Assembly (NCBI GenBank): GCA_964444665.1
Contig: CAYUIE010000012.1
Coordinates: 31,317 to 95,316, forward strand
Reading direction: 5' to 3'
Origin: an uncultured Pirellulales bacterium
GTDB taxonomy: Bacteria; Planctomycetota; Phycisphaerae; Sedimentisphaerales; CAYZTY01
Length of the DNA stretch: 64,000 nt
In this document: positions 36,207 through 43,194 of the stretch, in pieces
Numbering within the stretch: position 1 is the first letter of the stretch
How the letters are laid out: each line of letters opens with the position of its first letter
Program-made: the position numbers and the translations under genes
The notes under the pieces: model-generated
Told to the model about the DNA's origin: nothing
What the model saw: only the letters and a program-made list of their open reading frames with translations
Database searches by the model: none

Positions 36207-37385
36207 CTACCTTCTGAAGGCAACCGATTCTCTTGTATTCTCAGCCGTTAAAGGCAGCCGGACCGTGAAAACACAACCTCCTTCTGCGTGATTTTCGGCC
36301 GTTATCTGACCGTTGTACTTTTCAACTATGTCCTTCGATATTGCCAGACCAAGTCCTGTGCCCTTCCCTCGCTCTTTCGTAGTAAAGAAAGGCTCAAATA
36401 TAGCCTGAGCGTTTTCGGGCGGGAAACCTGGGCCGGTATCACGAAAGCTGACAATTAGCGTCTTGGCCTCGGTGAGTTGCGTGGAAATGAACAACTGGCC
36501 GCCGGTAGACATTGCATCGACGGCGTTTTTAACGAGATTGCAGAAGACCTGAAACAAATTGCCGCTCCTGATTCGGGGAATTCCTGTGGCGTAGTCGCGC
36601 AGGACCTGAATGCCGGCTGAGATTATTCTCGAATCCATAGCTCGAAGTGAATCTTCTATAATCTTATCTACGGGCATACATTCGAAGGCAGCATAGGAGC
36701 TTCTTGAGTACTCTAACAGTTCGTTGACAATTTGAACCATCCTCATAATTCCTTTACGACACTGCTGGAGATAGCTTATGGGTTTCTCAAGTTCCTTCTC
36801 CTGGAGAATTCGCAGTGCCAGGTTAAGGTATCTTAATATGCCATCCATAGGATTATTCAGTTCATGCGCTACACGAGAGGCCAGCTTCCCTACCGCGGCA
36901 AGCCGTTCGGCGCTGGCCAATTGCTTTTCAATATTCACCCTCTCGGTAATATCCTCGACGATGATTGCTCCGCCAAGGTTCTTTTCGTTGTCAGCTTCTC
37001 TCAAAGGAGTACAAATAATATGAAGTAACTTTCTATCGCTGTCTCGCTTGTACTCGACATTATCAAAATAACGAGTCGTGCCATCGGATATCGCAGACTT
37101 CAACTGAGCGGTCCAGTCCTGCCATATCTGAGGGTTCGTTCCTTTGGCCAGGGACCTGTCGATATGCTGACACCGGTTCAAATCTATAAGTTTTGCGACG
37201 TGGCTGTTGGCTTGTATTATCTTAAGTTCTGTATCGAACGCTACAACACCCACGGGCAGGGATTGAATGATTGACTCGCCAAGGTGACGAAACTTCAACT
37301 TGTCTCCAGCAGATTGTTTTTTGCTTTGCCTGGCTGCAGCAGGTTGAGAGGTGTTATTAGAATCTATCATAGGCTGATTTGACAT
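36207..37385 (-). CDS. Cytoplasmic PAS-domain sensor histidine kinase
   Basis: The H-box is VAHELNNPM. The N-box is FCNLVKNAVDA, and the G-boxes are DTGPGF and GTGLGLAI. A PAS-like N-terminal region is present with no obvious TM segment. It lies 22 nt upstream of the response regulator gene. Confidence 0.85.
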   Translation of the reverse strand: MSNQPMIDSNNTSQPAAARQSKKQSAGDKLKFRHLGESIIQSLPVGVVAFDTELKIIQANSHVAKLIDLNRCQHIDRSLAKGTNPQIWQDWTAQLKSAISDGTTRYFDNVEYKRDSDRKLLHIICTPLREADNEKNLGGAIIVEDITERVNIEKQLASAERLAAVGKLASRVAHELNNPMDGILRYLNLALRILQEKELEKPISYLQQCRKGIMRMVQIVNELLEYSRSSYAAFECMPVDKIIEDSLRAMDSRIISAGIQVLRDYATGIPRIRSGNLFQVFCNLVKNAVDAMSTGGQLFISTQLTEAKTLIVSFRDTGPGFPPENAQAIFEPFFTTKERGKGTGLGLAISKDIVEKYNGQITAENHAEGGCVFTVRLPLTAENTRESVAFRR

Positions 37386-37728
37386 ATTTAGGGAATTATA
37401 AATACTGGGACAGGATTGTCAAGCATTCGTGTTGCAGAAAAACAACATATTTCTGAAAGGCAGCCGATGAAATCGTAATCAAGCGGGTCTGAATACTAAA
37501 ACCTTGAAAATAAAAGGATATACACATGTTTTTTGGCCCGATAAGACATTTATTTTTTTAAACTTATCGCAAATATGTGTTTGAAACAACAGTTCGCGTT
37601 GAAGTTAATCAACATTTAACATCGTTGTCATAAGTTATATAAGCTTTTAGAGTGGTCTTTATCTGCTAATCCCAAGAATGATAAGTGCTTAACAACTGCT
37701 AAGATAGGAGGTTTTTCAGAGTAGAAAT

Positions 37729-37745
37729 TGGTACGATTTTTGCTA
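37729..37745 (+). promoter_or_regulatory. Sigma-54 (-24/-12) promoter upstream of the PilZ operon
   Basis: TGGTACGATTTTTGCTA fits the consensus TGGCACG-N4-TTGCW. GG is at 37730-31 and GC at 37742-43, with exactly the consensus spacing. It lies about 90 nt upstream of the ATG at 37836 and is divergent from a sigma-54 activator operon. Confidence 0.65.
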
Positions 37746-37835
37746 CCAAACTGGTTTGGAGGCGCGGTACGCTTATTATTAAAATCTCATCTCGGCGCCT
37801 ACGAGCTATAGGCATGGAAGCAGAGTAGTAGCGGT

Positions 37836-38174
37836 ATGGCGGAAAAACGCAAACATAGACGGCTATTAATCAAGCTAAATGTATTGTGTTGGAAAGTGGG
37901 GATACAGGGGGAGGAGATATTAAAAGGCACCACACTGAACGTAAGCACGGGAGGGGTTTTTTTTCAAACAACCAGAACCAATTTGAATAAAGGGGACCTT
38001 CTAAACGTTAAACTGGATGTGCCACCCAAATCAGGCCTTCTCGAATTGGGCGGCACTATGTCAAGCCTCGGCAGGGTCCTGCGAACCAAACAGATTGGGG
38101 ATTCAGCAGCAAATACAGGCGAGAAATATGGCGTTGCAGTGAAGTTCTGTCAAAGCCCTAAATTCTTACAATAA
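37836..38174 (+). CDS. PilZ-domain protein (putative c-di-GMP receptor)
   Basis: The RxxxR motif (KRKHRRLLIK) and the (D/N)xSxxG motif (LNVSTGGVFF) are present at the usual spacing. The protein is a 112-aa single domain. Confidence 0.75.
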   Translation: MAEKRKHRRLLIKLNVLCWKVGIQGEEILKGTTLNVSTGGVFFQTTRTNLNKGDLLNVKLDVPPKSGLLELGGTMSSLGRVLRTKQIGDSAANTGEKYGVAVKFCQSPKFLQ

Positions 38175-38256
38175 GCTATATATTTCATCAACCGTTGACA
38201 GGTCCAACCCCAGTCCAATATTGACAGCAACAAAGGGCAATATTATATTTACTCCT

Positions 38257-39066
38257 ATGCTCCGTTTTGGCCTGATAATAGCCTTCAGTGGGATACTTTT
38301 GATTCTTCCCGCCTGTGGAGGGAAGCCTCCCGGCAAACCCGTATATGAGCAGGTGAAAATTTACGACCTTGCTTCTTCAACTTCCTCAGGCTCACCTCAG
38401 CAGCAACTGCGAGGACTCATAGAGCTGGAAACTTATATCTTTGAACTGCCGGACGTAAATTATCCATTGCTGCAGGATCTTTGGCATACCAAACTGTCTG
38501 ATAGTCCGCTGAGGTATCGTAGTGCCAATGCGTTTAAAACCAGTGGTTTCACAGCGGGTGTGGGCACAGTGGAGACGTGGGATGAGATTAGCGCGATACT
38601 GCGCTTAGCCGAGTGCAGGAAAACCAAAATGGTAAGCCTGCTGCTTCCTGAAAACCAAAGCGATTATATCCCAATTGCCCGTATAGAAGGCGAAAGGACG
38701 GTCTTTTATGCCGAGACCGACGGCAGAGTAGTAGGGGTGAGTCTGTCCAACGGCCTGGCAGCCTTCCGAGTGAAGACTCAAAACATCCCGACGACCAGAG
38801 GAGCATTTCGTCTGGGCCTTCAGCCGGTTTTCCGCAAGCCTATGATTAGCAAGCTAAAACAATTGGCAGAAAAGAAAAATGACGAGGAAATCATTTTTGA
38901 TTCGGTCGGTCTTGAGATGCAAATGAGCCCGGGGCAGTTTGTACTGTTAGGTCCGCGGGAATATGGCCGAGAGCAGATGAGCTTAAGCAGGCTTTTCTTC
39001 AAAAAATCAGAAACCAGCCCGCTCGTGCAAATATACTTGATTCTTTGCCGCAATATAAATGAGTAA
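38257..39066 (+). CDS. Lipoprotein of unknown function
   Basis: From the ATG at 38257 the sequence is MLRFGLIIAFSGILLILPACGG, a signal peptide with a lipobox (LPAC). The ORF track starts at the upstream TTG at 38221. No recognisable domain. Confidence 0.5.
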   Translation: MLRFGLIIAFSGILLILPACGGKPPGKPVYEQVKIYDLASSTSSGSPQQQLRGLIELETYIFELPDVNYPLLQDLWHTKLSDSPLRYRSANAFKTSGFTAGVGTVETWDEISAILRLAECRKTKMVSLLLPENQSDYIPIARIEGERTVFYAETDGRVVGVSLSNGLAAFRVKTQNIPTTRGAFRLGLQPVFRKPMISKLKQLAEKKNDEEIIFDSVGLEMQMSPGQFVLLGPREYGREQMSLSRLFFKKSETSPLVQIYLILCRNINE

Positions 39067-39095
39067 AACTAATATAATCTTGCCGAGGTTTTAAT

Positions 39096-40067
39096 ATCGA
39101 ATCTCTACCTAAGACAAAGGTCAATCTAACACGATGCTCCGATTATAATCCAGACAGACTGGCAGAGGCAATAGAAGCACATTTGTCTCTGTTGGGAGGG
39201 CTGAACAAGTTTGTCAGCCGGGGTGATAGAGTGCTGCTAAAACCAAATTTCATTGCCCCGAAATCCCGGCGCCAAGCGGTACAGACCGACCCCGAAGTAA
39301 TCGTACAGATGGCAAGAGTTCTGAAGGACTTTGGTGCAAAGCCCTTTGTAGGCGATTCGCCGGCGTGGGGCGACACGTTTGCCTGCATAAAGGCACTTCG
39401 GCTGGATGAACAGTTAAAGAAGATGGAAGTGCCGGTAAAACAGCTTGACCGGCCGAAGTGGTTAAAAATAAGTACTAATAACTTAAGAGTAGGGATAAGT
39501 AAAGTTGCCCTGGAGGCGGACAAGATTATAAACCTACCGAAGTTCAAAACACACCAGCAATTAGTCGCCACGTTTGCCGTAAAGAATATGTTTGGCTGCG
39601 TCAGCGGCAAACAAAAAGCGTTTTGGCATTTAATAAACGGAGGTCAGGAGGAATTGTTCTGCGAATTTCTCATAGAGATATATAAAATCCTCAGTCCGGC
39701 CTTCACACTAATCGACGGTATTGTAGCCATGGACGAATGTGGGCCTATTCAGGGTCGGGCGCGTCCGCTGGGTCTGTTAATCAGTGGAATCGAGCCCATT
39801 AGCTGTGAGCTCGTTTGTGCCAGGCTGTCAGGCCTCGACCCGGACGATATACCAATAATCAGAACCGCACGTAAAGTTGGCTTTGGCTGTATGGAACTTA
39901 GCAATATTGAGATACTCGGCGAGCGTCTTGATGACTGTTTGTCCCGCGATTTCGTTCTTGGCCAGCGTATTCCTATACGCTTCTCGCTGCTGCGCACCTT
40001 TAAAAGCGTTTGTAAACAGGCAGTATTACTTGCCGGCTCATTTCTCTTTCCTCGGCGAAGTCGGTGA
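39096..40067 (+). CDS. DUF362-domain protein (start codon unresolved; possibly non-canonical ATC)
   Basis: VLLKPNF and the overall pattern match DUF362. The in-frame codons upstream of the first TTG (39183) encode KVNLTRCSDYNPDRLAEAIEAHLSLLGG, which looks like the conserved DUF362 N-terminus. No ATG/GTG/TTG occurs in that stretch. GAGG (39085-88) lies 7 nt before ATC at 39096. Confidence 0.6.
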   Translation: MESLPKTKVNLTRCSDYNPDRLAEAIEAHLSLLGGLNKFVSRGDRVLLKPNFIAPKSRRQAVQTDPEVIVQMARVLKDFGAKPFVGDSPAWGDTFACIKALRLDEQLKKMEVPVKQLDRPKWLKISTNNLRVGISKVALEADKIINLPKFKTHQQLVATFAVKNMFGCVSGKQKAFWHLINGGQEELFCEFLIEIYKILSPAFTLIDGIVAMDECGPIQGRARPLGLLISGIEPISCELVCARLSGLDPDDIPIIRTARKVGFGCMELSNIEILGERLDDCLSRDFVLGQRIPIRFSLLRTFKSVCKQAVLLAGSFLFPRRSR

Positions 40068-40138
40068 AATTTTTTTTCTCCACCGAATTGCAGCCTCGGT
40101 CCATAATTTTCTCTCCTTTATCGTGCTCACCCGCCAGC

Positions 40139-41575
40139 TCAGCCCAAATACACAGATTCACCCGCCTTTATCTCCGGAAGCTGGTTTTTCTTGCGGACTA
40201 GTTCATCTTTAGTCAAGGCAAAACACGGCGCAATCTCGATAACGGCGTCTACTGAACCATCGCTGCTTCGAGGCAAATACAATCCCACGGATTCCAGCCA
40301 GGCCGCTGCTCGTGCCGTCATCATCTGCCGGGAAGCATCGGCGCTTTTTTCTCCGGAGGCGTTCTTAACCGGTGCAAATTCCTCATTACGAACAGTCTGC
40401 AGGATAACTATCTTTCTCGCCAGCGGTAATGCATCAAAAACAAATGTTTCCAGCTTCACACCGTTTGGTTGCGAGGGTCCCGATAAATCGGGATGCCGGC
40501 CTTTCCCATCAACGCAGTTAATCTTCTTAATCGCTCGATGTAAAGGCAAAGCAAAACCTTCTAAATTAAGCCGTTCAATAAAGTCAACATTTATAATATG
40601 GATTGCAATGCTGCCAAATTGAAAAACTAAAGAACCATCCGGGTTTCTTTTCTCAGCCAGCTCGTCCGGCAAGTCACTATACTCGATTACGTTCAGCTTG
40701 CCGTCAATCATACAGAAATTACCCACCTTTTCCCTGGGGCCGGTCTTGATTAGAGCCTTTGACGACATCTCGGACCCATCGATTGCATGCAGCCCAATGA
40801 AGAGCGGGTCAAAAATGTTTACCATCGGATTATCGACCTGAAAATAGCTTACGTATTCGATGCCACACTTACGCATATCCTCTATTGCTCCGCTTTGACA
40901 GAGTGCTTTCAAGCTGCCCCCATGCCCATCAGGCAAAAAGACCAGCTCTGCCTTATTCTTCAGAAGCATTCGGCCTTCAAAGTCGAAACTCGGCAGTGAC
41001 CCCTGCTCAAATAGAAAGACGTTACTCTCGTCCAGCCCATAATAATTATTCTCTTCGAAAACCTCCAACGTCTGGGCATAATTAAGGGGACTGGCCATAA
41101 CATACCAATTCAGGTCAACGCCATATTTTCTACTCGCGGCCATAATGGTCTCGGCAAAAAGCCGAAACAGCGTTTTGTTCTTCACGGGAGTAATCGGAAA
41201 ATCACCCTTCGGCCCCTCAAATCCCAATCTTGTGCCCTGACCTCCTGCAACAACAAACGCCGCCACCTTGCCTTTAGATATCATCGATTCACCCAGCGCC
41301 ACAGCCTTGCCATATTTACTCTCCTGCTCAGCATCGGCCGGATTAGATGGATAATACGTAGGCGGCTCAAGGTCTTCCGGAATGACGCGCGGGCTGGGAT
41401 TTCTCACGTACCGGCCAATCCAGGCCTTTATTCTGGAGAAGTCTAAACGCTCAATCTGGCTCAGTAATCTTATTTTGCCTTCATCGTCCAATTCATCCCA
41501 AAATGCCAAAAGATGCCCCTGTCCGTGCTTAATCAGCAACTCTGAAAGCCTTTTACGCCGTTGTTTTACATCCAT
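40139..41575 (-). CDS. UDP-sugar pyrophosphorylase, UDPGP type 1 family (UAP1/UDP-N-acetylglucosamine pyrophosphorylase-like)
   Basis: The nucleotide-binding motif is VVAGGQGTRLGFEGPKG. PDGHGG and YFQVDN are present. The length and layout resemble eukaryote-type UAP1/USP enzymes. Confidence 0.75.
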   Translation of the reverse strand: MDVKQRRKRLSELLIKHGQGHLLAFWDELDDEGKIRLLSQIERLDFSRIKAWIGRYVRNPSPRVIPEDLEPPTYYPSNPADAEQESKYGKAVALGESMISKGKVAAFVVAGGQGTRLGFEGPKGDFPITPVKNKTLFRLFAETIMAASRKYGVDLNWYVMASPLNYAQTLEVFEENNYYGLDESNVFLFEQGSLPSFDFEGRMLLKNKAELVFLPDGHGGSLKALCQSGAIEDMRKCGIEYVSYFQVDNPMVNIFDPLFIGLHAIDGSEMSSKALIKTGPREKVGNFCMIDGKLNVIEYSDLPDELAEKRNPDGSLVFQFGSIAIHIINVDFIERLNLEGFALPLHRAIKKINCVDGKGRHPDLSGPSQPNGVKLETFVFDALPLARKIVILQTVRNEEFAPVKNASGEKSADASRQMMTARAAAWLESVGLYLPRSSDGSVDAVIEIAPCFALTKDELVRKKNQLPEIKAGESVYLG

Positions 41576-41660
41576 ATCTCTAAGTCTAAACTAAACTTAT
41601 AGCGATATCAAAAAAATTCCGATAATTCTCAAGAAACTTCGCAAAAACCGAAAAATTAAC

Positions 41661-41689
41661 TTGACCAAACCCCGCCGTCGCGGTATCAT
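41661..41689 (+). promoter_or_regulatory. Near-consensus sigma-70 promoter driving the long leader of the pseudopilin gene
   Basis: TTGACC (41661-41666), a 17-nt spacer, then TATCAT (41684-41689). It lies 345 nt upstream of the ATG at 42034. Confidence 0.55.
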
Positions 41690-41696
41690 TTATATG

Positions 41697-42020
41697 GAGA
41701 ATAATGGATTTAAGGAAGGTAGGACCTAAAGGTCATATATTAAAGCCATAATACAGTAAATCCATTTCATAAAGTGCCTACCTTTGCGATGATTGTCCGA
41801 AAGTGTGTCTGCGTATTTAGTGCGCGACCAGGACAAGACCGAACGCATAAGCAAAAGCTTCGCCTGGAAAACCGGTTGCTCTTTGGGTAAATGTATGACT
41901 ATTAACCCGAAGAGATTCGCAATAGGCACGGGTTTGTTACCTGGCCGGTCAGGTTGAATTTATTAGTTAATAAAATATAGTATCCCGGTAGCAACCGGTA
42001 CTGCGAATCTCGAAAAATTA
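41697..42020 (+). promoter_or_regulatory. Structured 5' leader / candidate cis-regulatory RNA (class unknown)
   Basis: There are three perfect complementarities. AATGGATTTA 41703-12 pairs with TAAATCCATT 41757-66. AAGGTAGG 41716-23 pairs with CCTACCTT 41777-84, interleaved with the first in pseudoknot order. GAGATTCGCA 41912-21 pairs with TGCGAATCTC 42002-11 and encloses hairpins at 41939-54 and 41985-98. Confidence 0.4.
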
Positions 42021-42033
42021 AAGGAGAGTAAAA

Positions 42034-43002
42034 ATGAAAAGCAAAAGCAAAGGTTTTACATTGGTCGAATTGCTCGTGGTCATCGCCATAATAGCGATGC
42101 TGCTGGCAATTCTAATGCCTGCTTTGTCCCGCGTCAGGACACTTGCCTACCAGATGATTTGTGGGACAAACCAATCGGGTATTGGCAAGGCTATCCTGCT
42201 TTACAGCAGCGAAAACGAACAAAAATACCCCGAATTTGGGCCCGGTGGCGAAGGTGGTCAATACATCGCAAGAACCGCATGGGCCGGCTTTTTAGACCCT
42301 TACGAATGGGATGAGCGGGATAATTACACCGAGTATTCCGGCGAAGACGCAGATACAACCGTAACAGCCAGCATGTACCTTCTTGTAAAGTACGCTGACG
42401 TTAATCCCTCGCAATTCATTTGCAGTGCTCAGGGCGCCACAAAATTCGAACTTGATGACTACGAGTCTCAGATAGCTGCTGCAAATCCAGCCGAAGACAT
42501 CACTGAGTGCTGGGATTTCGGTCCCAGGCCGGACAAGCATGTGAGCTTCGCTTTCAATTACCCCTATAGTGACTATAATCCCGATGGCTCGAGCCCTCCC
42601 GCTACGCCCCTTATGGCTGACACAAATCCCTGGATGACAGCAAATCCTCTTGGTAGCGCTCCTACAACTACAGTTTGGACCCCAGCGGGAACACCTAATA
42701 CAATGGAAGACCCGCAGCACATCGACTACTCTGATGCGGCCCAGACAAGCTATTACAAGTTAGGTAATTCCGCAAGTCACGGCCTGGAGGGACAAAACGT
42801 CCTGTTCAACGATATGCACGTAAAATTTCAGAAAACTCCCAATGTCGGCATCGAACAAGACAACATCTACACCATTTGGGACCTGACGACCTCGATTGCG
42901 CCCCGGAAGAGGCAAAAAGGGTTAGTAGTGAGTGCATACATCGACGATACCTGCAGTGACTGCCCCGAAGATGAAGGCGATGCCTTGCTGATTCAATGGT
43001 AG
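42034..43002 (+). CDS. Prepilin-type N-terminal cleavage/methylation domain protein with DUF1559-like C-terminus (type II secretion/type IV pseudopilin-like)
   Basis: The N-terminus KGFTLVELLVVIAIIAMLLAILMPAL is the class III signal with methylation motif. The C-terminal ...GQNVLFNDMHVKF resembles the DUF1559 motif (N-V-x-F-x-D-G-x-V). Strong AAAGGAG Shine-Dalgarno. Confidence 0.8.
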   Translation: MKSKSKGFTLVELLVVIAIIAMLLAILMPALSRVRTLAYQMICGTNQSGIGKAILLYSSENEQKYPEFGPGGEGGQYIARTAWAGFLDPYEWDERDNYTEYSGEDADTTVTASMYLLVKYADVNPSQFICSAQGATKFELDDYESQIAAANPAEDITECWDFGPRPDKHVSFAFNYPYSDYNPDGSSPPATPLMADTNPWMTANPLGSAPTTTVWTPAGTPNTMEDPQHIDYSDAAQTSYYKLGNSASHGLEGQNVLFNDMHVKFQKTPNVGIEQDNIYTIWDLTTSIAPRKRQKGLVVSAYIDDTCSDCPEDEGDALLIQW

Positions 43003-43030
43003 TCTAACAAATTATTCAATATATTCACAA

Positions 43031-43076
43031 AAAGGGCCTGCTGGTCAAATCAACCAACGGGCCCTTTGTTTCTTTA
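43031..43076 (+). terminator. Rho-independent terminator after the pseudopilin gene
   Basis: AAAGGGCC (43031-38) pairs with GGCCCTTT (43060-67), with an inner TGGT/ACCA pairing. A T-rich tail GTTTCTTTAT follows. Confidence 0.6.
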
Positions 43077-43194
43077 TAGAAAATAACCTTACATCTCATA
43101 ACCACCTTGCGAGCTAATACATTCTAAAAATCCCGATTGTTTTCACTGCCGTTCTGTGCTAAACTGCGGTAGCAGCACTTAATGGGAGACCAAT

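Noticed and set aside
41726-41929. A 67-aa minus-strand ORF in the gap upstream of the pseudopilin gene.
   Set aside because: It has no Shine-Dalgarno sequence, odd composition and no motif. It lies antisense to the region explained better by a plus-strand promoter and structured leader.
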